From an uncultured Methanoregulaceae archaeon (GTDB taxonomy: Archaea > Halobacteriota > Methanomicrobia > Methanomicrobiales > Methanospirillaceae), in assembly GCA_963701095.1 (NCBI GenBank), contig OY969564.1:1216001-1280000 (forward strand): 64,000 bases of DNA, in the 5' to 3' direction. The stretch's first letter is position 1; each line of letters opens with the position of its first letter. The translations under genes were made by a program, and so were the position numbers. Of the stretch, positions 51,824-63,689 are shown piece by piece. Under the pieces are notes generated by a model. It was not told the origin of the DNA, made no database searches, and saw only the letters and a program-made list of their open reading frames with translations.

Positions 51824-52630
51824 ATGGTGCTGACGCGTCGGATTATCCCCTGTCTTGACTTAAAAAATGGCCGGGTCGTAAAAGGGACAAATTTCCTTGG
51901 TCTGCGGGACGCCGGTGACCCGGTAGAACTTGCCGAACGCTACAACGAGCAGGGAGCTGACGAAGTCGTGTTTCTGGATATTACCGCTTCCAAAGAGAAA
52001 CGCGGTATTATCATAGACGTAATCCAACGTGCGGCCGACCAGCTCTTCCTTCCTCTCACGGTTGGTGGCGGTCTGCGATCTCTTGACGATATCCAGCAGA
52101 TTCTCCGGGCAGGCGCCGATAAAGTAAGCCTGAATACGAGTGCCGTGCATGAACCAAGCCTGATTACCCGGGGCGCAGAATCGTTCGGAACCCAGTGTAT
52201 CGTAGTCGCGATGGATGTCCGCCGTAATTTCACGCCAAATCCCACGGCCAAACCAGTTACACTGGATGACGGGAGTACCTGTTGGTACGAGGTTGTCATT
52301 TATGGCGGGAGCAAACCAACAGGTAAAGACGCAGTGTTATGGGCTAAAGAGGCTGAAGAACGGGGTGCCGGTGAGATTCTCTTAACGAGTATGGAAACTG
52401 ATGGAACCAAAAACGGTTTCGATATAGCAATTACCCGTGCAATTTCAGAATCGGCAAATATACCGGTAATCGCGAGCGGTGGTGTTGGGACCCTTAACCA
52501 TTTCTATGACGGATTTACAAAAGGAAAAGCCGATGCCTGCCTTGCTGCAAGTGTTTTTCACTACGGCGAATTTACCATTTGTGATGTGAAAAAATATCTT
52601 AAAGGAAAGGGTATCCCGGTACGGCTCTGA
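51824..52630 (+). CDS. hisF: Imidazole glycerol phosphate synthase cyclase subunit
   Basis: RIIPCLD, VVKG, FLDITAS, VGGG and IASGG. Confidence 0.96.
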   Translation: MVLTRRIIPCLDLKNGRVVKGTNFLGLRDAGDPVELAERYNEQGADEVVFLDITASKEKRGIIIDVIQRAADQLFLPLTVGGGLRSLDDIQQILRAGADKVSLNTSAVHEPSLITRGAESFGTQCIVVAMDVRRNFTPNPTAKPVTLDDGSTCWYEVVIYGGSKPTGKDAVLWAKEAEERGAGEILLTSMETDGTKNGFDIAITRAISESANIPVIASGGVGTLNHFYDGFTKGKADACLAASVFHYGEFTICDVKKYLKGKGIPVRL

Positions 52631-54227
52631 GATCGATTTCAAACGCCGCAACCGGTTGTTCCAGCTCAAATGCGATCAGCACAGACGGATGGAGCTCTCC
52701 AAACACACCCACTTTTTTTCCACTGACGTTAATATCGACCCGTCTTCCCTCTATAAATGCCGCATCTTCAGATATTTCGGCAACGTACACTATGCCAAGT
52801 TCACGGAGCACGGCATCTGTGTTGGCATATGCTTCAGAGAAATCCGCAGCTGTATGAGTACTAACGGCTGCCAGTCGTTGTGTAGTCTTAAGGTCAGAAA
52901 GCACATCGCCGGTTGCAAAGAGACGTTGCGGGAGTTCCCGGTGCCGGTTGACCTGAAGCATCTCCAGAAGGAGGGGCAAAATCTCCGTTCTGACCACTGT
53001 GTACTCTTCGCTAATGGGGTGCATGAGATGGAGAGTAGAGGAGAGCCGCGGCCGATTGAGGTAATCGCAGAGCACTTTTTCATTTGTCAGTGTGAAAGGC
53101 ATCATCTCCAGGTACCCGAGGCCTGAAAGAATGGCGCGCACCTGTGCTGCGATCTTGTTTACCGGGTGTTGCGTCCCAATAGAGAATGTAGGGGGAATTT
53201 CTACACAGAAGTTCTCGTACCCGTACGCGATCGCAACATCTTCAAAAAGATCCCAGTCGTGCATAATATCTGCCCGGTAACAGGGCACCTGAACCCTGAT
53301 CTTGTCTGTCCCGATGGGTTGTGCCCCTAACCGCATTTTTTCCAGCAGTCCTGCCATTTGTGGTGCAGAAAGTTCAACACCGATAAGATCCGTGCATTCC
53401 CGGACGCTCACGGTACGTTCTGTCGGGTTAAGATCCGGAATGACTGTCCCGTTAATTTCCACACTTTCAATAGCGGCGCCCGCTTCGGCCATAGCGGTAC
53501 AGATAATGTTTGCTGCAACGCTGACTGCCCTTTGATCGGTACCGGTAACATCAAGAAGTATGTTTTTTGTCCCGGTCGTTACCCGGGTTCTTTCCCCGTT
53601 GATAATGGGCGGGAACGAACAGACATTGTCCTCATTGTCAGTAATCAACGGAAAAAGAGGGAAATCCTTCACAATCTTTGCGTAGTCCCGGCCTTTCGGG
53701 TGCTCTATAAGGATTTCATCGAGGCTCAGCTCTTTGGTAAAATCGAGCGGGACAAATTTCCTGCTCCGTGGCGCTGCCGTATAATGGAACGGCGCTGTGA
53801 TAGTGTCGAGATCATGGATGCCTATTGCAACCTTACTCCGGCCCCTCCCGACAGCCCAGTGGAGTGCCTCCTGGAGTGCCATGATGGAAAGGATGGACTC
53901 ATCGTCGAAAGAGACGTTTCGGATGACTGCTGAAGCCAGAAAAGGGCGGACATTTTCTAGGTTTGGATCGACAGTGAAGCTGATCCCGGATGGCTTTACA
54001 GAATATACCGGAAGGCCGGCCTCAATATCCAGAAATCCCCGCATGGCACGGGCCACACCTTCAACGGAGAAGAGATCAGGACGGTTTGGGAAGAACTCCA
54101 CGTCAGCATGGTCTTCTTCAAGGCGTTCGATCTCAGACCCTATCATGGGAAGACGTTTTAGAATGGTGTCACGGTCGGTACCAGTGAGTCGTTCAAGATA
54201 CTTGTAGGAGAGACTAATGATCGCCAT
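52599..54227 (-). CDS. pheT: Phenylalanine-tRNA ligase beta subunit
   Basis: [34 protein letters not shown] and GELHP. Confidence 0.95.
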   Translation of the reverse strand: MAIISLSYKYLERLTGTDRDTILKRLPMIGSEIERLEEDHADVEFFPNRPDLFSVEGVARAMRGFLDIEAGLPVYSVKPSGISFTVDPNLENVRPFLASAVIRNVSFDDESILSIMALQEALHWAVGRGRSKVAIGIHDLDTITAPFHYTAAPRSRKFVPLDFTKELSLDEILIEHPKGRDYAKIVKDFPLFPLITDNEDNVCSFPPIINGERTRVTTGTKNILLDVTGTDQRAVSVAANIICTAMAEAGAAIESVEINGTVIPDLNPTERTVSVRECTDLIGVELSAPQMAGLLEKMRLGAQPIGTDKIRVQVPCYRADIMHDWDLFEDVAIAYGYENFCVEIPPTFSIGTQHPVNKIAAQVRAILSGLGYLEMMPFTLTNEKVLCDYLNRPRLSSTLHLMHPISEEYTVVRTEILPLLLEMLQVNRHRELPQRLFATGDVLSDLKTTQRLAAVSTHTAADFSEAYANTDAVLRELGIVYVAEISEDAAFIEGRRVDINVSGKKVGVFGELHPSVLIAFELEQPVAAFEIDLRAVPGYPFL

Positions 54228-54228
54228 G

Positions 54229-55677
54229 TTACGCCTTCCTCCCGGTTTGCGCAGGGGCATGAACGGGACTCCTTCTGATCCATTCGAGATCGCTCTGGTA
54301 CAACTGCCGCAGATCCTTTAAACCCAGCCGCAGCATTGCAACCCGGCTTACCCCAAGTCCCCACGCAAGAACCGGGCACTTCACACCCCACGGATCGGTT
54401 ACTTCCTGACGGAAGACACCTGCACCACCCATTTCAACCCAGCCAAGACCATCGACCCAGATCTCGGGTTCAACCGAAGGCTCTGTGTAGGGAAAAAAGC
54501 CCGGCCGAAACCGCACATCGGAAAATCCCATCCGCTGGTAGAATTCCTTTAAGAACCCGAGCAGATGGCGGAATGTGACATTTTTGTCCATAACGATACC
54601 TTCGAGCTGCTCGAACTCGGGTGTGTGGGTAGGATCAATTGCTTCCCGGCGGTAGACCCTTCCAATGCAGAAAGCCTTTACCGGAGGTTCAGGATGAGTG
54701 GCAAGATATTGGATTGAAAGACTGGTCGTATGGGTGCGGAGTACACACTGCTGCGCTTTCCCGGGGTTCCATTTCCCGCCCCAACCAGTCGAAGAGGTGT
54801 TCCCGCCATGTTCGTGCATATCACGAAGACACTCCCATCCTTTGGGAAGCGACGCTTCCTCTTTGAGATAAAATGTGTCCTGCATCTCACGTGCCGGGTG
54901 ATCCTGAGGCTGGAAAAGCGCATCGAAGTTCCAGAAAGCACTCTGCACGATCTCACCGTGCATTTCTGTAAAACCCATTTCAAGGAGGATCTGGCGCATC
55001 TCTTCGATGAGTCTTTGGTAGGGATGGGATTTACCCGGGTAGATGGTTTTTGGCAGTTTTTTAACGTCATACTTACGGAGGTTTGCTGTCTTCCATGCAC
55101 CGGAAAGGATCTGGTCCCGGGTGAGGGTGCCAATTTCTTCTTTGAAGTCAATACCCTGATTTACAAGAGCGGTTCCCTTAGGAGTGATGGAAATAATATA
55201 CCGGACAGTCTCGGACTCAACAAGGATCCCTCGCTTGATCAAGTCTTTTGTATTTTGCTCACCGGAAACCGGATTCTTCAATGCTAATTCTTCCGCTTGT
55301 GTGGACTTGTTTTCGTTTTTTGTTACTAAAGAGCCAGCAACCCGGATGAGCCCTTTTTTTCGTAGCTGGCCAAAACCGATTTTAAATGCCGGATGGCCCT
55401 GAAGATCGGCAAGAGTTGTACCCGGTTTGACTATTTTGAGTATTTGCGTTTCGGGCAGCCCGTTCTGGAGATATGTCTTTCCTTCTTCGGTGTATTCGAA
55501 TTCCTTCTCAACAATTCTCTCAACTTTCGCAAGCTCTTTGTCTTCGGCAAGGTGCGCCCACTGGACAACTGCTTCCGGTGTCGCATTAAGGAAACAGGCG
55601 AGATTTACTGCATTGGCCTTCTTCTCCTTTGAAAGCGCAGCAAGCAGCCTTTTCTCGTTTAATGTCAGTTCCGCCAT
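54229..55677 (-). CDS. pheS: Phenylalanine-tRNA ligase alpha subunit
   Basis: [28 protein letters not shown] and FPYTEPS. Confidence 0.96.
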   Translation of the reverse strand: MAELTLNEKRLLAALSKEKKANAVNLACFLNATPEAVVQWAHLAEDKELAKVERIVEKEFEYTEEGKTYLQNGLPETQILKIVKPGTTLADLQGHPAFKIGFGQLRKKGLIRVAGSLVTKNENKSTQAEELALKNPVSGEQNTKDLIKRGILVESETVRYIISITPKGTALVNQGIDFKEEIGTLTRDQILSGAWKTANLRKYDVKKLPKTIYPGKSHPYQRLIEEMRQILLEMGFTEMHGEIVQSAFWNFDALFQPQDHPAREMQDTFYLKEEASLPKGWECLRDMHEHGGNTSSTGWGGKWNPGKAQQCVLRTHTTSLSIQYLATHPEPPVKAFCIGRVYRREAIDPTHTPEFEQLEGIVMDKNVTFRHLLGFLKEFYQRMGFSDVRFRPGFFPYTEPSVEPEIWVDGLGWVEMGGAGVFRQEVTDPWGVKCPVLAWGLGVSRVAMLRLGLKDLRQLYQSDLEWIRRSPVHAPAQTGRKA

Positions 55678-55682
55678 TTGCC

Positions 55683-56938
55683 TCACACCTCGATTCTCTC
55701 TGCTGCCACATCCATCTTCTCCTTGAAATCCTTTAAAAATGCCACGACCCGGTCTGCAGTCTCCCTCTTACACTGCCCACAGGTAATTTCACCGGAACAG
55801 CACTTGCGATGGATTTCCGCAAGTTCTGCATCATCGGTCACCATATGGAACATGTTAAGCAGGTAAAGCGTGCATTTATTCGGTTCACCACCGAGCCGCC
55901 GTTGTTCCTCAAGGGTCATCCTGCCCCCGGTAAGACCGCTCATTACTTTCTTTCGCACCACCGCTTCGGGTTCAAAAAATGAAATCAGGCTCTCGGGAAT
56001 GCTTGACGACATTTTGCCGCCGGTGAGGCCGGGCAGGAAGATATGGTACGTGGATGAGGGGGTGTAAAACGCATAACCTCCACAGACCCTCTCAATTTCT
56101 CTGACCTTCGCACTTACATCATCACATCCGGCGCCCGGATATCAATATGGCCCTCATATTTCTTTGCGTAAGGAAACGCTTTTTTTATTGCATCAAGTGC
56201 TGAATCAGGGGCGTTCTTCGAACGTACACTTATGTACCCATCCCGTTCTTCGACAATGAACATCCTGAATTTATTCGCGATTCCCCGAGTGAGCCGGATG
56301 TGGGGGTCCTGATCGATTCCTACGGGAACCAACGTGGGGGCTGGTTCTCCTTCAACCTGCGGGTACAGGATATCGGCAACCTGTGTAATTACACTGTCAG
56401 CGTGAGCGAGAGCCGTTTCCGGGGAAAAACCGTAGATCGCATTTAGTTCGGAAAAGTTTACCTTAGTTGCTGCCTCGAAAGCTAGATCCTTGAGTCTGTT
56501 ATTTTTGCTTTGGAAATAGGTCTTTCCTTCAAAGCCAAGAGCATAAAGACAGGAGAGGTATTCCTTTCCATATTCCCTGCATTTCTCCCAGGAAAGTCCC
56601 CGAACTGCATATGCTTCCCGATCCGCTATGGTTACATACCCGGTTGCCCCCTGCTGCACATGCCAGACAATTTCTTTCATAAGCATGAGATGACCGAGAT
56701 GGGGATGGCCGCTTGGCATAAACCCGGTCAAAAGATAAAACGGCGTACGGTTCCGGATGGCACGGGCAATCGGGAGATAGTCGCGCTGGCCGACCACAAT
56801 GCCCCGGCGCATGAAATAGGGTATCTCGGGCAATTCGGAAAGTATCGGAGCTATCGGATCGATACCAAATTCGGCAAATGTCTTCTCTACATCAAGAGAG
56901 GGGGTGCTTGACCAGGGATTAATCGATGATTCAGGCAT
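55683..56938 (-). CDS. trpS: Tryptophan-tRNA ligase; frameshift near 56135
   Basis: TGFMPSGHPHLGH and PVGIDQDPH upstream; GLTGGKMSSS in the downstream frame. Confidence 0.93.
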
Positions 56939-56980
56939 ACCGGGTAACTCACTGGGATAATTTTGGGGAGGGTATCATTT

Positions 56981-57991
56981 TTAGAGTTTTATACGGGCGA
57001 ATTCGACGAACTGGATTCCGTTAGTATGTACACAGCCAAACAACATCTTCTTTTTGACGCTGTGGGCCATCCTGACTGAACGGGAGATAACGCTCATGGG
57101 CAGGACTGCCTCTTTTTCTATCGCATGCACCAGCATGTCGGAATGAACATTCTTTCCACAGTAAACCCGGAAATGATGGCCGAACTTGTAACCGGTCCGG
57201 GCAATAAAATCATGCCGGCGTAGTTCGGTGTAGACTTTGTCTTTAGCAGCGAGTTCCGGATCATTTGCTTTCGCAACTTCAAAAAACTCTGTTGAGTTCA
57301 GCGGCGAATCTTCTCTGGTAAGACGAACAATTTCCTTTCCCATCAGATACAGCAGTTCTACCGGTGTAATCATAAGCCGTTCTTCATCAAAACGCTTACC
57401 AAAACCTGCTTTTTCCAGTTCAGACTGAGGTGGCACCCGGATCATTGCAGATGATCCAACCAGTACGGCATCGGAGAGCTCAATTCGGGGAAGAGGAATA
57501 CCGGGGTCAGCCAGTTTCTGGATCTTGATCTCGTAGTAGGTCAGTTCTTCCTCATCGTCGACAACTGAAAGTACGTATTGTTTACGCATATTCCTTGCAG
57601 TGACTACTTCTTCGATCAGATTCGTAAACCGGATCGGTTCTCGCTCCGAGAGGACGCGGACAAGGTAAAGCGACTCACCGGTACCTGGTTTTTCACCGCG
57701 CCGGAATACCCGAAAATCGTGCGGACCTGTCTGGACGACATAACCACGTTCACGCAGATCGCGGTACACGAGGAAGCTTCGCAGGAAATTGCGCTGGTTG
57801 GCGTACTCATAGAGGAGGGTATCAAACGTGTAGCCCGGAATCTCAATCCTCTTGCGGTGAAGCAGGTAGAGGGCTTCCTGAGGCGCGAGTCGTACCCCGT
57901 CACCTTCGGGTCGCCCATACCCGCTCTGGTCGTACAGCACCCGTCCATCCCTTCCAGTCAGCACAGATGTGCCGTCAAAAGACGCCTTCAC
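56981..57991 (-). CDS. endA: tRNA-intron endonuclease (two-domain type)
   Basis: Duplicated VY.DLR.RG domain; GYKFGHHFRVY, HS and AHSVKKKM. Confidence 0.93.
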   Translation of the reverse strand: MKASFDGTSVLTGRDGRVLYDQSGYGRPEGDGVRLAPQEALYLLHRKRIEIPGYTFDTLLYEYANQRNFLRSFLVYRDLRERGYVVQTGPHDFRVFRRGEKPGTGESLYLVRVLSEREPIRFTNLIEEVVTARNMRKQYVLSVVDDEEELTYYEIKIQKLADPGIPLPRIELSDAVLVGSSAMIRVPPQSELEKAGFGKRFDEERLMITPVELLYLMGKEIVRLTREDSPLNSTEFFEVAKANDPELAAKDKVYTELRRHDFIARTGYKFGHHFRVYCGKNVHSDMLVHAIEKEAVLPMSVISRSVRMAHSVKKKMLFGCVHTNGIQFVEFARIKL

Positions 57992-58283
57992 TGCCAGATC
58001 TATTGTTGCCGAAGCGTTATAAGTGCACGGGAAAAAGGAACGTGCCCTTATGCGCGTCCCGGTATTTCCAGATCGAAATCCTTATGAATTACAATAATCT
58101 GGAACAATGCCTATTAAAAGGTAAAAATCGAACATGTATAGTCAGATTGTATCTCATAAGTATGCTTATTTGCACGTCCCCGAGAGTGGATTAATTCCGG
58201 GAATATTTGGGTAATACTATAAGGTACATTGATCACCCACACACCGGATTCATTTCAGCAGCCAATTGTACGCGGCGAAAAAA

Positions 58284-58925
58284 ATGATGGTGCATCAGAA
58301 CAGCGACCTTGGATGCCGACGCAGGAGTAACATCAACCTCGCGGGTTTTCTCGCGAGGTCAGCGGTAAACGGTCCTGGCATCCGGGCCGTTATCTGGGTG
58401 CAGGGGTGTCCGATCCAGTGTAAAGGTTGTTTTAACCAGGCATTCTGGTCTTATTCTCGAGGCAATCTGGTTTGTGCAGATGATATCACCGACAGAATCC
58501 TTGCTACGAAAGATATCGACGGGGTTACGTTTTCCGGGGGAGAGCCGTTTGCACAGGCAGACGCACTTGCATCCGTGGGAGAACAGGTTCAGGAAGCAGG
58601 GTACACGGTCGTGACCTATACAGGGTATACGTTCGAGCAGCTTACCTCAAGTGCAGATCCTGCATCGAGCCGGCTCCTGAATGTTACCGATCTTCTCATT
58701 GCAGGCCCCTATATCAGAGCCCAGGCATGCAATCACCCATATATCGGTTCATCAAACCAGCAGCTCATCTCCCTTACAGAAAGGGTTTGCACGGATTTCG
58801 TGAATGAACAAACCGATAGTGAGATTATCGAATTTTCGATTACACCAAGAGGAGTAATCACGACGACTGGTTTTCCGCAGGAAAACATGGTCCGCAAGAT
58901 TGCTACCCTCTGCAGGGAAACGTGA
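58284..58925 (+). CDS. NrdG-like radical SAM (4Fe-4S single cluster) protein
   Basis: NGPG.R.VIWVQGCPIQCKGCFN, GVTFSGGEPF, YTGY and GSSNQ. Confidence 0.88.
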   Translation: MMVHQNSDLGCRRRSNINLAGFLARSAVNGPGIRAVIWVQGCPIQCKGCFNQAFWSYSRGNLVCADDITDRILATKDIDGVTFSGGEPFAQADALASVGEQVQEAGYTVVTYTGYTFEQLTSSADPASSRLLNVTDLLIAGPYIRAQACNHPYIGSSNQQLISLTERVCTDFVNEQTDSEIIEFSITPRGVITTTGFPQENMVRKIATLCRET

Positions 58926-58929
58926 TATC

Positions 58930-59328
58930 ATTTCACATTTCAGCCGTATTCGAACTACCTTCCGGCACCGTGAAGCATTAATCCAGTGCATGCAGGAGCT
59001 CGGCTATACAGTCGAAATAGAGACCACCATCAGGGGCTACCACGGCCAGCACAACGTGGACATTGCTGTGAAAAATACGGGAGGATACGGACTTGGTTTT
59101 GTAAAAAACCCAGACGGCACGTACGACATGGTAGCGGACTGGTGGGGCATTTCAGGAAAAGGCGAGAAAAAGATTGCCGAAGAACTCAAACAACAAGCAG
59201 AAAAAATCCAGAAAGAATATGCAAAAAAAATAGTGCTCGAACAAACAGCTGCCGACGGATTTTCCCTGATCTCAGAAACCGAAGAGTCAGACGGGACCGT
59301 GCGGATAGTTGTCAGGAGGTGGAAGTAG
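58930..59328 (+). CDS. DUF1257 (Ycf35-like) protein; expected start position reads ATT
   Basis: SHFSRIRT, L..LGY, IRGYHG, GF....DG.Y..VADWW, Q.EY and terminal IVVRRW. Confidence 0.8.
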   Translation: MSHFSRIRTTFRHREALIQCMQELGYTVEIETTIRGYHGQHNVDIAVKNTGGYGLGFVKNPDGTYDMVADWWGISGKGEKKIAEELKQQAEKIQKEYAKKIVLEQTAADGFSLISETEESDGTVRIVVRRWK

Positions 59329-59331
59329 TCT

Positions 59332-60891
59332 ATGCAAATTGCTGAACCCGATTTTTCCCGCAGGTTGAATGTCTCGCTCAGGGCCCGGGTTACGCTGATT
59401 GTAGTGATTACACCGGAAGAAGAACGGGTTGTTTCGCAAATCCATGATGTCTGCGAGAGATGGGATCCTCCCCGCCAGTGTATCGCCTGGGATAGCGTCG
59501 ATGGTTTTTCTGTGATCGTTGGCAATAAAAATTTCATGAGCCAGTCCAAGGACCCACTCGCGGCACTCGATGATATCGTCAAGACAGGAGAGGATGCAAT
59601 TGTTATTCTCAAAGATTTCCACGAGTATTGGAACAATCCTCAGGTAAAACGACGGATTCGCAACTTTTCGCAGGCATTCCGGTATAACCGGCGCACGATT
59701 GTGATCGTGACCCCGACACCGCGGGTGCCGGATGAGATCCGCGACGATGCGGTAATCGTGCATTTTCCGCCACCTTCGGCAGCAGAGTTATCTGCTGATC
59801 TCGATACCCTGCTTGCCACAAGTGGCATCGCTTGTTCACTATCTCCCGCAGGCCGGGAAAAGATTATCCAGGCCGCCATCGGCATGACCCTGAACCAGGC
59901 ACGCCGGGCATTCTCAAAAGCGATTGTGACCCATGGCACGCTTGACGACCGGGATATTGATGCGATCATCGCGGACAAAAAAGACATCCTGAGCTCCTCG
60001 GACGCACTTGAGTTTTATAGTTATACTGAGGCTCCGGAGAACGTTGGGGGCCTTGCTGTGCTCAAGGAATGGCTTTCCTTGCGTGAACGGGCATTCACAC
60101 AGGATGCACGCGACTTCGGGCTCCCGTCGCCAAAAGGTATCGCGTTGATCGGAATCCCCGGCACCGGTAAAAGCCTCACTGCAAAAATGATCGCCGATCT
60201 CTGGCACTTACCCCTGCTCAGGCTCGATGTCGGGGCACTCTTCGGCAGCCTCGTCGGAGAATCTGAGGAGAGAACGCGCCGGGCGCTCTCACTTGCCGAG
60301 ACTATCAGTCCCTGTATCCTTTGGGTGGACGAGATTGAGAAAGCATTTGCGTTTGGCAGCGGGGATGCAGGCACGAGCCAGCGGGTCTTTGCCCACCTTC
60401 TTACCTGGATGCAGGATAAAACTTCTCCCTGTTTTGTAGTCGCCACGGCCAATAACATCGCCGCCCTCCCACCGGAACTCCTACGAAAGGGCCGTTTCGA
60501 CGAAATATTCTTCCTCGACCTTCCAACAACTGAAGAGCGTCGCGAGATTTTTACGGTGCACCTTAAGAAACGCAAATGCATCCCTGCTGAATTTGATCTC
60601 GATTCCCTTGCGCAGAAAAGCGAAGGCTACGTAGGCGCCGAGATCGAGCAGACGATCATTGATGCGATGTACCGGGCATTCAGCGAGAATATGCGCCGGG
60701 TAACGACCGCTGACATTCTTCACTGCATGAAAACACAGGTCCCCCTTTCTGTCTCACAACGGGAGACGGTGGCAGCTCTCAGGGGCTGGCTTGCTGAAGG
60801 TCGGGCGCAGTCTGCATCGCGGGTAGCCACGACACCATCAGGGAACGGAAAAGTGATTGCACTGGAGACTTTTGATAACAGACACGCTTAG
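59332..60891 (+). CDS. Ycf46-like AAA+ ATPase
   Basis: Degenerate N-domain (EEER, ILKDFH), GGL..LKEWL, GIPGTGKS, LWVDEIEK and TANN..LPPELLRKGRFDEIFF. Confidence 0.9.
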   Translation: MQIAEPDFSRRLNVSLRARVTLIVVITPEEERVVSQIHDVCERWDPPRQCIAWDSVDGFSVIVGNKNFMSQSKDPLAALDDIVKTGEDAIVILKDFHEYWNNPQVKRRIRNFSQAFRYNRRTIVIVTPTPRVPDEIRDDAVIVHFPPPSAAELSADLDTLLATSGIACSLSPAGREKIIQAAIGMTLNQARRAFSKAIVTHGTLDDRDIDAIIADKKDILSSSDALEFYSYTEAPENVGGLAVLKEWLSLRERAFTQDARDFGLPSPKGIALIGIPGTGKSLTAKMIADLWHLPLLRLDVGALFGSLVGESEERTRRALSLAETISPCILWVDEIEKAFAFGSGDAGTSQRVFAHLLTWMQDKTSPCFVVATANNIAALPPELLRKGRFDEIFFLDLPTTEERREIFTVHLKKRKCIPAEFDLDSLAQKSEGYVGAEIEQTIIDAMYRAFSENMRRVTTADILHCMKTQVPLSVSQRETVAALRGWLAEGRAQSASRVATTPSGNGKVIALETFDNRHA

Positions 60892-60897
60892 CATCCT

Positions 60898-63689
60898 ATG
60901 AAAATTCCTCCCCTATTTCCGGTTATCGGCCCTTTTTTTTCCGGCGTTCGGTTCGTGGTATTGCCAGAGCTGCGAAATGCGGGGATCTCCAGGCAGTCCG
61001 CAAACTCACCGCCATTGTTTCGTCCTGCCCGGATAAATTTTCCCGTTCCAGGGCTCTTGAGGTCCTTGCATCGCTTTCATCGCAGGCTGCCATCGACGAA
61101 TTCTGCAAAGAGGTGATAATCCGGGATAATCAGGAACTTGAAAAAGTTGCTATCAACCAGGCATACACACCTTTGGAACCGGGATCGAGGGCGGTTTTTC
61201 TTTATGTCACCGGGCAGGATGAAGCGTTATGCCGGTTCGATCCTGATGCCCATCACCCGTTATTAGCTAATGGGTATGCTACGGCACCGGCCAGAATAAA
61301 AAACCGGGTTCTCTGCGGTGCTTCTTCTCCCCGCATGGACCGGATTCTTGCCCATGCACTAATCGGAACTGACCCGGTGCGCGCTGCAGGTATATTGACC
61401 TACCTTGAGTGGGAGGTAGTCATCTCCGGTTTGACCCGGGAGAAAGCATGGGATGTGCTGTGGCTTTTGGTTATTGCTGCACCTCCATCACTTACAGTAG
61501 TAGTTTTAGAAAACATGAGGGTTGCCGGCTGGAAACCGTTCGGTGACAGCATGCGGGTCTTTGAGGATCTGATCAACGAGCTTCCGGAAGGATGGGCTTA
61601 TCCCGCTCCTGAAAAACCTATCCTATCCATGAGCGACCAGAACAGCCAGTGCCTGAGACTTGCATTCTCCCGTGATGGCACTCTTCTTGCGGCAGGAAAA
61701 AGCGACGGGAAGATTGCAATCTGGCAAGTCTCCTCAGCCCGGCTTTTAACCTCCCTCTCAACAAATGCCGGATCGATCAATTTCATTTCATTCACATCGG
61801 ACAATACGAACCTTATCATAGGCGGGCGCACTGGAATGATCGCCTGCTATGGCATTCCTTTAGGAAACACGATCTGGTCGGACAAAGGTCGCCCGTTTTC
61901 TTGTGTTGCAATGTCAAGAGATAGAGAAGAAATTATTGTCAGTGATGATCAGGGAAAGATTACCCGTCTTATGTGTCAGACCGGCAAAATTCTGCTCACA
62001 ATATCAGGACTCATATCCAAGGTTACGGTCATTTCCCTTTCCCCTGACAAAAAATATATTGCTTTTGGCCATATGGATGGCACCATTTGCTGTAAGGAGG
62101 CAGGGACCGGCACAGATGTATGGACAGTGCCGGGTACCGGCAACGCTGTAAGGGCCCTTGCATTTACCGGACAAGACAACCAGCTGTTCGTAGTTTATGA
62201 ACGAGTTCTCCCTGCCCTTAGGGACGGAAATACAGGAATTTTCCTTAGGACTTTCGATGGATTTTCCGGTCGCCCCTCCTGTTATGCGATATCAGCGGAA
62301 AACAGTATGGCAGGGATTGGCAGCGATGATAGAGTACTTCGTTTCTGGAACATGCATGATAAAAACCCGATAGCATCATTTCCCTTCTACAACCGCATCC
62401 CGACATGCTGTTGCCTGACACCTGATGCTAATCTAGCCGCTGTCGGTTGCAACGATGGAACGATCTTCTTTTTCAGTGTTCACGAAAGACAGAAAATAAA
62501 AGAATTCCGGGGGTGTAAACAATCCGTCGCCACCTGTTCGATCTCTCCGGACGGAAATATTCTTGCTACGACGGGAGGAGATGGAACCGTCACCCTCTGG
62601 AGTATTCCTACCGGAGAACTTCTCCGGACACTCCGGAGACCGGCAGGTGCGATAACCGCCCTTGCTCTCACTTCCAGCGCTGCTGGTGCCGGCATAATTG
62701 CAGGCACTACTGATGGCAGGATCCGCATCTTCTCCTGTGAAGATGGCGGACTTGTAAGATCTATCGATATGTACACACCATCGATCACGACCCTTGCCGT
62801 CAGTCCTGATGGAACATACCTTGCCTGTGCCGGAAAAGACGCAAGCCTTCGTTTCTGGGACCTTGCCAAAGGAGGCCTTGTTGCCACGTGTGATACGCCC
62901 AAATCGAGTGTGCGGTGTCTTGCCTTCCTGCCGGATAGAGCCGCATGTATTTCCTGCGGTTGGGATGGAAAAGTGCGGATCTGGGATGTGACAGGTGGAA
63001 AACCGCAGGAGATCCTGGTCGGGCATTCGAGTATTATAACCTGTTGCAGTGTAGATCCCCGAGGACGTTTTTTTGTCACTGGAAGCAATGACACGACCCT
63101 AAGGATCTGGCAACTGACCGGTGAAAAAACGAGTGTCGTTCTCAGGGGTGCGAAGCAGGAGGTGAGTGTCTGTGCGATTTCCCCGGACGGGACACTCCTT
63201 GCCGCTGCTGGCGCTGATCCTGAGATCCAATTATACCATTTTCCGGAGGGGATTGTTGCAGGAACTATCCCCCAGATCCCAGGAAGACCCTCGGCACTCG
63301 CTTTCACTGATGACGGGCTTATGATTGTGGTTGGATATGATCATGGCACCACCGCGTTTTATGCTGTCCACGGACATTCCCTGATCCGGATTCTGCCCAC
63401 CCACTCAGGAAAAGTTACCGGAATCGTTGCTATAAAAGGAGAGGACTGCTTCGTTACCAGCGGTACTGACGGGATGATCCATATCTTCCGGATCCCTTTT
63501 ATGCGGCCCTTATCCCGGACCTCATTTACAGACCTTGCTCTTGCCCGGGAACAGGCTGCCGTTACTGGATCTACGGCAGCACAATGGAGGTTCCTATGCC
63601 ATCTTCTATCCTTTCGGTTCCAGAACGAAATCGAACTCTGCCCGACATACCGTGATGCAGGAATATATGATATCCAAATTGTCGGGTGA
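60898..63689 (+). CDS. Large WD40-repeat protein with helical (HEAT-like) N-terminus; frameshift at T8 60933-60940
   Basis: Roughly 14 repeats of the S.DG..LA.G..DG...W type; ATG 60898 joins the long ORF if one T is added. Confidence 0.85.

Noticed and set aside
55683..56938. Naturally split or programmed-frameshift TrpRS
   Set aside because: A one-base loss in a short G run fits the window-wide indel pattern, and I see no slippery heptamer.
58284..58925. Anaerobic ribonucleotide reductase activase (nrdG)
   Set aside because: No nrdD or other glycyl-radical enzyme is nearby and the context is DUF1257/AAA, so the gene symbol was withheld.
62433..63307. Long antisense ORFs (e.g. 62480-63307, 21247-21987, 33619-34305)
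   Set aside because: They are shadows of well-supported genes on the opposite strand and show no recognisable motifs.
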